Assembly (NCBI GenBank): GCA_965220745.1
Contig: CBDCQT010000005.1
Coordinates: 394,938-458,937, forward strand
DNA from: Alphaproteobacteria bacterium
GTDB lineage: Bacteria; Pseudomonadota; Alphaproteobacteria; UBA828
Reading direction: 5' to 3'
DNA: 64,000 nt
Part shown: positions 27,849-36,823 of the stretch, piece by piece
How the letters are laid out: each line of letters opens with the position of its first letter
How positions within the stretch are numbered: the stretch's first letter is position 1
Program-made: the position numbers and the translations under genes
Notes under the pieces: model-generated
Told to the model about the DNA's origin: nothing
Seen by the model: only the letters and a program-made list of their open reading frames with translations
Database searches by the model: none

Positions 27849-27877
27849 TTGAACGGCCCGCTGGCGGCGGATACCAT
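27849..27877 (+). promoter_or_regulatory. Sigma70-type promoter upstream of nitrile hydratase alpha
   Basis: TTGAAC-17 nt-TACCAT, then GGGAG RBS before ATG 27911. Confidence 0.55.
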
Positions 27878-27910
27878 CGCGTGAGGGTGGCGAAACAGGG
27901 AGTTCAGGCC

Positions 27911-28519
27911 ATGGCACACGATCACGCCCACAACGCGCCTCCATCCGAGACGGCGATGCGCGTGAAGGCTCTGGAGACGCTCCTCACCGAGAAGGGTCTG
28001 CTCGACCCCGCCGCCATCGACGCACTGGTCGAGACCTACGAGACCAAGATCGGCCCGCGCAACGGCGCCAAGGTGGTGGCCCGGGCGTGGACCGACCCGG
28101 ACTACAAGCAGAGGCTGCTCGAAGACGGGAGCGCGGCGATCGCCGAGCTCGGCTTCAGCGGCGTGCAGGGCGAGGACATGGTGGTCGTCGAGAACACCGA
28201 CGACGTGCACAACCTGGTCACCTGCACGCTCTGCTCCTGCTATCCGTGGCCGACGCTGGGGCTGCCGCCCATCTGGTTCAAGAGCGCCCCCTACCGGGCT
28301 CGCTCGGTCATCGACCCGCGCGGCGTGCTCGAGGAATTCGGCGTCGAGCTCTCCGACGACGTCGAGGTGCGGGTGTGGGACAGCAGCGCCGAGCTCCGCT
28401 ACCTGGTCCTGCCGCAGCGCCCGGCCGGGACGGAAGGCCTGAGCGAGGTCGAGCTGGCGGCGCTGGTGACCCGCGATTCCATGATCGGCACGGCGCTGGT
28501 CGAAGCGCCCGCGAGCTGA
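27911..28519 (+). CDS. nthA: Nitrile hydratase alpha subunit, cobalt type
   Basis: [13 protein letters not shown], metal motif CTLCSCYPW (Thr/Tyr = Co type), [16 protein letters not shown]. Confidence 0.96.
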   Translation: MAHDHAHNAPPSETAMRVKALETLLTEKGLLDPAAIDALVETYETKIGPRNGAKVVARAWTDPDYKQRLLEDGSAAIAELGFSGVQGEDMVVVENTDDVHNLVTCTLCSCYPWPTLGLPPIWFKSAPYRARSVIDPRGVLEEFGVELSDDVEVRVWDSSAELRYLVLPQRPAGTEGLSEVELAALVTRDSMIGTALVEAPAS

Positions 28520-28545
28520 CCGGCGGTTCCGAAGGGAGCACAGCG

Positions 28546-28860
28546 ATGAACGGCATCCATGACATGGGCGGCATGCAGTGCATGGGCCCGATCGTCCGCG
28601 AGGAGAACGAGCCCCAGTTCCACGAGGGGTGGGAAGGCCGGGTCTTCGGCATGTTCTTCACGAACTTCGCCGAGGGCCACTTCAACGTGGACATGTTCCG
28701 CCACGCCATCGAGCGGATGGGCCCGGCCGAGTATCTTGAGACCTCGTATTACGAGCACTGGCTGCACGTCTACGAGACCGTGCTGGTGGAGCGGGGCATC
28801 CTGACCCAGGCCGAGATCGACGAGAAGATTGCCAGCCTTCGCGAAGCGGGAGGATCGTGA
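28546..28860 (+). CDS. nthB: Nitrile hydratase beta subunit, N-terminal half (separate gene)
   Basis: MNGIHDMGGM, FHEGWEGRV, FRHAIERM, YL..SYYEHWL; GGGAG RBS; 104 aa, ends at TGA 28858-28860. Confidence 0.9.
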   Translation: MNGIHDMGGMQCMGPIVREENEPQFHEGWEGRVFGMFFTNFAEGHFNVDMFRHAIERMGPAEYLETSYYEHWLHVYETVLVERGILTQAEIDEKIASLREAGGS

Positions 28861-29213
28861 TGCCAACGCTGACGCCTGAGATGGTCCCGGGTCTGGTCGC
28901 CGGCGGCGCGTCCTGCCGGATGGATGTGGACGTCGCGCCGAAGTTCAAGGTCGGCGACGCGGTCAAGGCCCGCGACATCAACCCCGTGTCCCACACCAGG
29001 CTGCCGCGCTACATCCGCGGCAGGACCGGACGGATCGCGCGCGATCACGGCGTCTTCGCGTTCCCGGACACGTCGGCCGCATCGGGCACCCACTGCGACC
29101 CGCAGCACGTCTACAGCGTCCGCTTCGAGGGGAGCGAGCTCTGGGGCGACCACGCGAACGCGAACGCCTGCGTCTACATCGATCTCTTCGACGACTATCT
29201 CGATAGCGCATGA
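28860..29213 (+). CDS. nthB: Nitrile hydratase beta subunit, C-terminal SH3-like half (separate gene)
   Basis: FKVGDAV, HTRLPRYIRG, HGVFAFPD, YSVRF...ELWG, IDLFDDYL; own GGAGG RBS and TGATG coupling. Confidence 0.9.
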   Translation: MPTLTPEMVPGLVAGGASCRMDVDVAPKFKVGDAVKARDINPVSHTRLPRYIRGRTGRIARDHGVFAFPDTSAASGTHCDPQHVYSVRFEGSELWGDHANANACVYIDLFDDYLDSA

Positions 29214-29584
29214 GCGACGCGCCATCGGCCGACGACCTGCCGAAGCTTCCCTGGGAGGCTGAAGACGGGCCGGTCTTCAAGGAGCCGTGGGAGGCGACCG
29301 CCTTCGCCATGGCAGTGCGGCTGTCGGAGGCCGGCAAGTTCACCTGGTCGGAGTGGGTCGATTATCTCTCGGCGGAGATCGCGGCGGCGAAGCGGAGCGG
29401 CGATCCCGATCTCGGCGATCGCTACTACGAGCACTGGCTGAGCGCGCTCGAGAAGCTCGTGATCGACAAGGGCCTCGGTTCGGAGGCGGAGCTTGCCGGC
29501 CTCAAGCATGACTGGACCGAGGCGACGATCCACACCCCCCACGGCCAGCCCATCGAACTGAAAAAGCGGGCACCGGCCACCTGA
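29210..29584 (+). CDS. Nitrile hydratase accessory/activator protein (P14K/NhlE-like)
   Basis: PVFKEPWEATAFA, FTWSEW, YYEHWLSALE, TPHGQPIEL; ATGA overlap with the beta C-half. Confidence 0.9.
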   Translation: MSDAPSADDLPKLPWEAEDGPVFKEPWEATAFAMAVRLSEAGKFTWSEWVDYLSAEIAAAKRSGDPDLGDRYYEHWLSALEKLVIDKGLGSEAELAGLKHDWTEATIHTPHGQPIELKKRAPAT

Positions 29585-29647
29585 TCGAGCAGGCGCCGGC
29601 GCCGCCCCGATACGATTGCGCCGGTCGGCGCAGCGAGGAGACGACAA

Positions 29648-30832
29648 GTGCCAGGACCGCTCGACGGCTACCGAGTCATCGACCTCACGTCGATGGTCTC
29701 CGGCCCCTTCGCCACCATGATGCTGGGCGACCAGGGCGCCGAGGTGATCAAGGTGGAGTCCATCGGCCAGGGCGATCACACGCGCACGGGCAGCAACCGC
29801 TCCAACGGGCTCGCCTCGGGCTTCCTCAACGTCAACCGCAACAAGCGCTCCATCGCCGTCAACCTGAAGGACCCGCGCGGGCGGGACGCCGTGATCCGGC
29901 TCGCGAAGAGTGCCGACGTCTTCATCCAGAACTTCCGGCCGGGCGTGGTCGAGCGGCTGGGGGTCGGCGAGCCGGAGATTCGGGCGGTGAACGAGCGCAT
30001 CATCTACGTCTCGATCAACGGGTTCGGCGAGAGCGGCCCCTACGCGCACAAGCGGGTCTATGACCCGATCATCCAGGCCGCGTCGGGTCTGGCGTCGGTC
30101 CAGGGCGGCTCGGACGATGCGCGCCCCCGCCTGGTGCGCACCATCCTGCCCGACAAGCTGACCGGCGTGACCGCAGCGCAGGCTGTCACCGCCGCGCTGC
30201 TCGCCCGCGAGCGCACGGGCGAGGGCCAGCACGTGCGCCTCTCCATGCTCGATGCCGTGGTTTCGTTCCTCTGGGCGTCGGACATGGGCGGCCAGACCTT
30301 CCTCGAACAGGCGCCGACGGAGCAGCGAGCCGCGAGCTTCATCGACCTCATCTACGAGACGAAGGACGGCCACATGAGCGTCGCGGTGATGAGCGACCGC
30401 GAGTGGGTCGGGCTCACCCGTGCGCTGGAGCGGCCCGAGTGGCTGGAGGACGCGCGCTTCAAGACGCCGGCGCTCCGCGACGAGAATATCGACGATCGCC
30501 TCTCGCTCACCCAGGAGGTGCTGCGCGGCCGGACCACCGATGAGTGGATGGAGCGGCTGGAGGCCGAAGGTGTGCCCTGCGCGCCGGTGCTGACCCGGAG
30601 CGCACTGGTCGAGCACCCGCAGGTCGCCGCCGCCGGCACGCTCGTCGAAGCCGACCATCCCGTCGCCGGCAGGATGCGCCAGGCGCGGCCTGCGGCCCGC
30701 TTCGAGGCGACGCCCAGCGCAATCCGCTGCGGCGCGCCTCTGCTCGGCGAGCACACCAACGAGCTGCTCGCCGAGGCCGGGCTTTCCGCCAACGAGATCG
30801 CCGCGCTGCACGACGCCGGCGTCGTCGCCTGA
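29648..30832 (+). CDS. Family III CoA-transferase (CaiB/BaiF)
   Basis: PLDGYRVIDL, GAEVIKVE, NRNKRSI, NFRPG, YDPIIQA.SG, APLLGEHT. Confidence 0.93.
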   Translation: MPGPLDGYRVIDLTSMVSGPFATMMLGDQGAEVIKVESIGQGDHTRTGSNRSNGLASGFLNVNRNKRSIAVNLKDPRGRDAVIRLAKSADVFIQNFRPGVVERLGVGEPEIRAVNERIIYVSINGFGESGPYAHKRVYDPIIQAASGLASVQGGSDDARPRLVRTILPDKLTGVTAAQAVTAALLARERTGEGQHVRLSMLDAVVSFLWASDMGGQTFLEQAPTEQRAASFIDLIYETKDGHMSVAVMSDREWVGLTRALERPEWLEDARFKTPALRDENIDDRLSLTQEVLRGRTTDEWMERLEAEGVPCAPVLTRSALVEHPQVAAAGTLVEADHPVAGRMRQARPAARFEATPSAIRCGAPLLGEHTNELLAEAGLSANEIAALHDAGVVA

Positions 30833-30848
30833 GACCCCCACGGTCTCC

Positions 30849-32393
30849 ATGAGCTGGGAGAAGGAGGTCGCCGAGCTCGCGCGCAAGCGGGCGCTCGCCC
30901 AGGCCCAGGGCGGGGAGGAGGGCGTCGCTCGCCAGCACGCCAGGGGGCTGCTGACGATCCGCGAGCGGATCAACGCCATGCTCGACGGCGGCTCCTTTCA
31001 GGAGCTGGGCGGCGCCTCGGGCGACGCCACCCGTGACGGCCAAGGGCGGCTTACAGACTTCTCGCCGGCCAACTTCGTGCTCGGCTTCGGCACGGTCGAC
31101 GGGCGCCGCTGCGTCATCGGCGGCGAGGACTTCACCCTCCGAGGCGGCTCGCCCAACGAAGCCGGCTTGCGCAAGAGCGTCTATGCGGAGGAGCTCGCCT
31201 GCACCTACCGCGTGCCTCTGGTGCGCCTGCATCAGGGCGCGGGCGGCAGCGTCGCCGGCTCCGGCTCGAAGACGGTGGGCACACCGGTCAACGCCGCGCC
31301 GCGCTTCGCGTCCGTGGCGCGCGCGATGGCCACCGTGCCGGTCGCCTCGGCGGCGCTCGGTGCGGTCGCGGGCCTGCCTGCAGCGCGCCTCGTGGCCTCG
31401 CACTTCTCGGTGATGACCGAAGCGTCACAGGTGCTGGTCGCGGGCCCCGCCGTGGTCGCGCGTGCTCTCGGCCGCCGCCCGAGCAAGGAGGCGCTCGGCG
31501 GCGCGGCGGTCCATGCCAGGAACGGCGTGGTCGACAACCTGGTGGCTGACGAGCCCGCGGCCTTTGCCGAGATTCGGCGCTTTCTCAGCTACTTGCCGCC
31601 GAACGTCTGGGAGCTTGCCCCCTGCACGGCGGCCGACGATCCGGCGGACCGCCGCGCCGAGGAGCTGATCGAGATCGTGCCGCGCAACCGGCGCAAGCTC
31701 TACGACATGCGGCGCGTGATCGCGCTGGTGCTGGACGAGGGCTCGTTCTTCGAGATCGGCCGGCTCTACGGGCAAGGCACGATCACCGGCCTCGCCCGGC
31801 TCGCGGGCCAGCCGGTCGGCGTGCTCGCCAACGACTGCTGGCACCTGGCCGGCGCGATGACCGCAGCGGGCTCGCAGAAGACGCGCCGCTTCATCGAGCT
31901 CTGCGACACCTTCCACCTGCCAATCGTGAGCCTGGTGGACGAGCCCGGCTTCATGCTGGGGACGGAGGCGGAGAAGGCCGGCACGATCCGCTTCGGCACC
32001 GCCGCCGTGCTGGCGGCAGCGAGCTCAGTGGTGCCTTGGGCGTCGGTGATCGTGCGCAAGGCACACGGCGTCGCCGTGGCCGCGCACTTCGGCCCGGACG
32101 GGTTCGTCGTCGCCTGGCCCTCTGCCGAGATGGGGGCGCTCCCGGTGGAGGGCGGCGTGGCGGTGGCCTTCGGCCGCCAGATCGCCAGGGCCGACGATCC
32201 CATAGCGGAGCGCGAGCGGCTGGAGGAGGAGATGCTCACGCGGCAGTCTCCGGTGCCGCGCGCGGAGAGTTTTTCGTTCCACGAGCTGATCGATCCACGC
32301 GAGACCCGCCCGGTGCTCTGCGACTGGATCGCCTGCGTCCAGCCGCTGCTCCCGAACCTGAAGGGCCCGACGAGCTTTCCCGTGCGGCCTTAG
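30849..32393 (+). CDS. Acyl-CoA carboxylase/decarboxylase carboxyltransferase subunit
   Basis: RERI..LD.GSF.ELG, EDFTLRGG, AGPAVV, EALGG..VH, FHLPIVSLVDEPGF, IDPRETR. Confidence 0.9.
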   Translation: MSWEKEVAELARKRALAQAQGGEEGVARQHARGLLTIRERINAMLDGGSFQELGGASGDATRDGQGRLTDFSPANFVLGFGTVDGRRCVIGGEDFTLRGGSPNEAGLRKSVYAEELACTYRVPLVRLHQGAGGSVAGSGSKTVGTPVNAAPRFASVARAMATVPVASAALGAVAGLPAARLVASHFSVMTEASQVLVAGPAVVARALGRRPSKEALGGAAVHARNGVVDNLVADEPAAFAEIRRFLSYLPPNVWELAPCTAADDPADRRAEELIEIVPRNRRKLYDMRRVIALVLDEGSFFEIGRLYGQGTITGLARLAGQPVGVLANDCWHLAGAMTAAGSQKTRRFIELCDTFHLPIVSLVDEPGFMLGTEAEKAGTIRFGTAAVLAAASSVVPWASVIVRKAHGVAVAAHFGPDGFVVAWPSAEMGALPVEGGVAVAFGRQIARADDPIAERERLEEEMLTRQSPVPRAESFSFHELIDPRETRPVLCDWIACVQPLLPNLKGPTSFPVRP

Positions 32394-33721
32394 TTCGCCA
32401 TCGCTCGAGCGCTCTCTCCAAGCGAGCGGCTGAAGGGGCAATCCGGTTTCAAGGATATGCGCTCGTTCGCGAGCGCCTGCGCGAGGCCGTGCTGGCCGTC
32501 GCGCATCGCCGCCTCCGTCAGCGTGCGGTGGACGATGTCGCGCTGGGCGTGGCTGCCGCCGAAAGCCTGGGCCCGGTAGCGCACCGGCAACAGCAGGTCT
32601 ACCGTCTCGCCGTAACGCTCGGCGCCGAAGGCGCGGACGCCGCGCAGGATGGGCAGCCCGACCTCGCGAGTCATGCGGGCGTTGGTGCCCGACCCCTCCG
32701 CGGTCTCCGCCGCCACCCGCTCCAGGGCGTCGGCGGCCTGGTCCCGGCCGGTCGCGACGTAGGCCATTATCGCGTGCATGTCGTTGAACGCGTAGAAGCC
32801 GTGCTCGGCCACCGTCTCGTAGGTCGCGGCCAGCTCTTCGTAGCGCCCGCCGGTATCGATCCCGCGCAGGCGGAGGCGCCAGAGCAGCGCGGCGGCATCC
32901 AGCATCTCGAGCTGAATTTCCGAGGGCTCGGGCCTGAGCGCGCCGTCGTAAATCTCCAACACCCGGTCGAAGCGATCGTTGTCGAGATTGAAGAGCGCGA
33001 CGTGCCACCAGTTGTGGAAGGCGAAGCCGTTGTCGTCCTGCGCCCAGTGGGCCTTGCGCCCTTCCATGAAGGCGATGCCTTCCTCCTGCCGGGCCTGCAT
33101 CTCCATGATGTGGCAGACCGCATGCTGGGCCCAGCAGTCGTCCGGCTCCAGCTCGATGGCCTGCCGGCCGGCGTCCTCCGCCGCGCCGTAGTCCCCGCAC
33201 TCTTCGAGGCCGAAGGCGGCCATGCCGAGCAGGAAGCCGTATCCGGGGTCGTCCCGGCTGTAGGCCGGGAGCGCGCGGGCGACGCGGCCGCGCAGGTTGT
33301 CCCGGTTGCCGAGGAAGAAGTCGGAGAGATGGCCGACCTGGAGCGCCACCACATCGCGCGGCTCGTCGGCGACGACGCGATCCAGCCGCGCCGCCATCCC
33401 GTCCCAGTCGCCGGCGGCCCAGTCCGCGATCGCCGCGATGTGGGCGCGTTCGCGCTCCGTCGCCGTGCCCGCAAGCTCGCCGAGGCGGCCAAGCATCGCC
33501 TTGACGTCGGGCAGCACGGTCTTCTCCCAGAGCATGGTGTGCATCTCGGCGCGGAAGATATGCCCCGCCACGAAGTCCGGATCGTCCGTCAGCGCCCGAT
33601 CGATGGTCTCGACCGCATCGCCCCGGTAGCACTGGAACTGGCGTATCGCCGTCTCCAGGATTTCCAGGCTCTTGGGATTGGTCGCCGATGTGGGCACGCC
33701 ACGCGCGTCACTCAGGGCCAC
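32390..33721 (-). CDS. TTC38-like tetratricopeptide repeat protein
   Basis: GTG start after GAAGAGG; GMAAFGLEE.G, WAQHAVCH, HNWWHVAL, DAAALLWRL, FNDMHA, GGSHAQRD. Confidence 0.85.
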   Translation of the reverse strand: MALSDARGVPTSATNPKSLEILETAIRQFQCYRGDAVETIDRALTDDPDFVAGHIFRAEMHTMLWEKTVLPDVKAMLGRLGELAGTATERERAHIAAIADWAAGDWDGMAARLDRVVADEPRDVVALQVGHLSDFFLGNRDNLRGRVARALPAYSRDDPGYGFLLGMAAFGLEECGDYGAAEDAGRQAIELEPDDCWAQHAVCHIMEMQARQEEGIAFMEGRKAHWAQDDNGFAFHNWWHVALFNLDNDRFDRVLEIYDGALRPEPSEIQLEMLDAAALLWRLRLRGIDTGGRYEELAATYETVAEHGFYAFNDMHAIMAYVATGRDQAADALERVAAETAEGSGTNARMTREVGLPILRGVRAFGAERYGETVDLLLPVRYRAQAFGGSHAQRDIVHRTLTEAAMRDGQHGLAQALANERISLKPDCPFSRSLGESARAMAN

Positions 33722-33816
33722 GGATCTGTCCTCTTCTTCGTCCAGAGCTGCCGGTGCGAAGCAAGCCAGCAATTCTACGATCCGTCCAGCCGTTTCGGGC
33801 CGGCCGCCGGGTGCGC

Positions 33817-34989
33817 TCACGCGGCGCGCGTGCGCCACGAGAGGCTCGCGGCCAGCGCGGCCGCGACGGCGAGCGCGGCCGTGGCCAGCAGCGACGGCAC
33901 CACGTAGCTGCCGAGCGAATCGAAGAGCACGCCCGCGAGCGTCGGGCCTACCATCTGGCCCAGCCCCCAGGCCGCGGTCATCAGAGCCAGGTTGCGGCGC
34001 GGGTCGCCGCCCGAGCGGTGACGGGCCTCGATCAACCCGATCGCGGTCAGACCGACGAAGGTTCCGCCGAGCAGCCCGGACGCCAGCAGAATCAGCCAGA
34101 TGCCGCCGCCCAGCACGCTGAGCGCGACGCCCACCGCCTCGACCAGGCAGCCGATCGCGAAGGCGCGCTCGTTGCCCCAGCGCCGGCCGGCCCAGCCCCA
34201 GAGCGCAACCGAGGGCGCCGCCGTTAGCCCGACGCAGAGCCAGACCCATTGCTCCACCGGCTGCAGCACGGGATCGGCGCGCACCATGTCAGCGACGAAG
34301 GTTGCGGTGATGACGTAGCCGAAGCCGACCAGGCCGTAGGCGACGATCAGCCGGAGCAGGCCGCCGTCGCCTGTGTCGGTTCGGACACTCCGCGCTGCCT
34401 GCGCCGGCGCGCGCGGCCTTGGCAGCAACAGCGCGACCGGTATCGAGAGCGCGAGGCAGAGCGCGCCGCAGAAGAACCACGGGCTTTGCCAGTCGCTGTC
34501 CCCCGACGCCGCGGCCGGCACCGCCAGGGACGAGATCGCGATGCCGCTGCCGACGCCTGCGTACATCACCGCCGCCCATCCGTCGCGGCCGGCAGCGGCG
34601 AGCCGGTCCATCACCAGGGACGACGCAAGCACCATTACCAGAGCGCCGGCGGCGCCGCCCACGAAGCGCAGGAACAGGAACGCGCCCAGGCTCGTCGTGA
34701 ACGTCATGGCGCCGGTGCTGAGCCCGCTCACCGCGAGCGCGCCCAGCAGCCAGAAGCGTGCATCGCCCGGCACGGCCCGCCATGCCGCCGCGAGCGCGCC
34801 GACGAGATAGCCAAGGTAGTTGGCCGAGGCGATCAGGCCCGCCTCCGACTTGGCGAGGTCCAGGCCGGCGCTCATGTAGGGCAGGATCGGCGTATAGGCG
34901 AAGCGTCCGATGCCGATGCCGACCGCCAGCGACAGCAGACCCGCCAGCGCCAGCAGCGCCGGATGGCGGGCACGGTCCGGCTCTGTCAC
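33817..34989 (-). CDS. MFS transporter, YbfB/YjiJ family
   Basis: GIGRFAYTPILP, ASANYLGYLVGA, GFGYVITATF; about 12 TM; start approximate. Confidence 0.85.
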   Translation of the reverse strand: MTEPDRARHPALLALAGLLSLAVGIGIGRFAYTPILPYMSAGLDLAKSEAGLIASANYLGYLVGALAAAWRAVPGDARFWLLGALAVSGLSTGAMTFTTSLGAFLFLRFVGGAAGALVMVLASSLVMDRLAAAGRDGWAAVMYAGVGSGIAISSLAVPAAASGDSDWQSPWFFCGALCLALSIPVALLLPRPRAPAQAARSVRTDTGDGGLLRLIVAYGLVGFGYVITATFVADMVRADPVLQPVEQWVWLCVGLTAAPSVALWGWAGRRWGNERAFAIGCLVEAVGVALSVLGGGIWLILLASGLLGGTFVGLTAIGLIEARHRSGGDPRRNLALMTAAWGLGQMVGPTLAGVLFDSLGSYVVPSLLATAALAVAAALAASLSWRTRAA

Positions 34990-35135
34990 GGGACCCGCTT
35001 TCGGAGAGGCCGGCCGCGCGTTCGCACCGGCGGATCGGGCGCGCTCCATCGCAAAGATGCATCCGGGGTGCTAAGACACATACGAGACCGCCTGCGTGCG
35101 TGGTTCCACGCGCCCGTGACTAAGGAGCAATGCCG

Positions 35136-35531
35136 ATGTCTGCAAGACGCGTCGTCGAAGGCTTCCTCGGCCAGCTCGCGGGCGGGGATGCCGCTGCCAT
35201 CGTGGCCATGTTCACCGACGACGCCGTGATCGACATGCCGGGCGGCGACGACCTGCCTTGGGCGGGGCGCTGGCAAGGGCGCGCGGCGATCGAGGACTAC
35301 TTCCAGGTCATGCCGGCGGCGCTCGCCATGCACGAGCACGTCATCAAGACCTGGGTCGTCGACGGCGACATGGTCTCGGTCAACGGCGAGGAGGCCGGCT
35401 CGTCCAGGGTGAGCGGCAAGCATTACCGCGCGAAGTGGTGCTGGGTCTTCACCGTGCGGAACGGCAGGATCGCCGTCTGGGACGCCTACGAGGATACGCA
35501 GGCGCTCTCCGCCTGCGGCCCCTGGCGCTAG
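35136..35531 (+). CDS. SnoaL/NTF2-like protein
   Basis: About 130 aa; LPWAGRWQG, VFTVRNGRI, YEDTQ pattern typical of the NTF2-like fold. Confidence 0.75.
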   Translation: MSARRVVEGFLGQLAGGDAAAIVAMFTDDAVIDMPGGDDLPWAGRWQGRAAIEDYFQVMPAALAMHEHVIKTWVVDGDMVSVNGEEAGSSRVSGKHYRAKWCWVFTVRNGRIAVWDAYEDTQALSACGPWR

Positions 35532-35544
35532 CTCGCCGAGCCGC

Positions 35545-36804
35545 ATGGCCGGCGTGGACGAAACCGAGGCGAACGGCGCAGCAGGGGACGGCGCGGCGCC
35601 CGCCCACGTGACCCGAACTCGCTGGGGCGTCGTCGCGATCGCAATCTTTGTAAGCGTCGTCGTCGGCTATGCCGTCGGCAAGGTGCCGCCGACCATCGGG
35701 CTGGTCTCCGACGAGTTTGGGCTGGACCGGGTTACTGCCGGTTGGCTCGCCTCCATCTTCTTCGCCTACGGTGCGGGCTTCGGCGTGCTGACGGGGATGA
35801 CGGGGTCGCGCGTCGGCGCTCGCGCGCTCCTGCTCACGGGCATTCTCGTTCTCGTCCTGAGCGGTATCGCCGGCGCTCTCGCGACCAGTGCTGCCATGCT
35901 GCTCGCGGTCCGCGTCTTCGAGGGGATCAGCTTCGCCGCCATCGTGGCCTCGGCCCCCAAGATCACTGTCGACGCCTCGCGGCTCGAGGACCGGAACCTC
36001 ACACTCGGTATCTGGAGCGGCTACATGCCGGGCGGGATGGCGCTTGCCATGATCGTTGCGCCCTTCCTCGCCGAACCGCTGGGCTGGCGAAGCCTTTGGT
36101 GGCTCATGGCCGGAGCGGCGCTGATTGCGACGGTGCTCGCGGTGGTGGGCACCGCGCGCCGGCGCTGGCCCGAGCAGCCGCGCCGAGACGCAGACGCGGG
36201 CTTCGACTGGGCCGGCGTGCGGGCGACGCTGCCGGTCGGAGCACTCTGGCTCTACGGCGGCGCCTTCCTGCTCTTCACGATCCAATGGTTCGCGATCGCC
36301 GCGTGGCTCCCGACCTTCCTGACCGAGACGCAGGGACGCGGGCCCATCGGCGCCGCGCTCTTCTCGGCGCTGGTGGTGGGGATGAACGTCACCGGCAACA
36401 TGATCGGCGGCTGGCTGATGCACCAGGGGGTGCCGCGCTTCGTCTTGGTGGGGTCGGCGAACGTCATCATGGCCGTCACCGGCGTGTTGATCCTCGCGGG
36501 CTTTGTGCCGGACGACGCCAAGATCCCGCTCGCAATCGTCTTCAGCGGCGGCAGCGGCATCCTGCCTGCGGCCGCGTATGCCGGCGCGGCGAGGCATGCG
36601 CCGAAACCGGATCTCGTAACGATGGCCAACGGCTTCATGGCCCAGGGGGCGGCGATCGGCATGCTGCTCGGGCCGCCGCTGATGGCGGTCGTGGTCGGCG
36701 GCCTCGGCAGCTGGGAGGCTGCCTGGTGGTGCATGCTGGTCTGCCCGGCGATCGGCCTCGTTATCACGGCCAGCCTCTTCAGGATCGAACGACGCGAACC
36801 GTGA
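35545..36804 (+). CDS. MFS transporter (CynX/NimT-like)
   Basis: GKVPP, RVFEG, LGIWSGYMPGG, GWRSLWW, WLPTFL; about 12 TM. Confidence 0.82.
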   Translation: MAGVDETEANGAAGDGAAPAHVTRTRWGVVAIAIFVSVVVGYAVGKVPPTIGLVSDEFGLDRVTAGWLASIFFAYGAGFGVLTGMTGSRVGARALLLTGILVLVLSGIAGALATSAAMLLAVRVFEGISFAAIVASAPKITVDASRLEDRNLTLGIWSGYMPGGMALAMIVAPFLAEPLGWRSLWWLMAGAALIATVLAVVGTARRRWPEQPRRDADAGFDWAGVRATLPVGALWLYGGAFLLFTIQWFAIAAWLPTFLTETQGRGPIGAALFSALVVGMNVTGNMIGGWLMHQGVPRFVLVGSANVIMAVTGVLILAGFVPDDAKIPLAIVFSGGSGILPAAAYAGAARHAPKPDLVTMANGFMAQGAAIGMLLGPPLMAVVVGGLGSWEAAWWCMLVCPAIGLVITASLFRIERREP

Positions 36805-36823
36805 TTCCGGAGCGAAGCCTGGG

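Noticed and set aside
28846-28865. nthB as a frameshifted pseudogene
   Set aside because: Well-spaced SD, TGATG coupling, break at the domain linker and intact catalytic residues favour a real split
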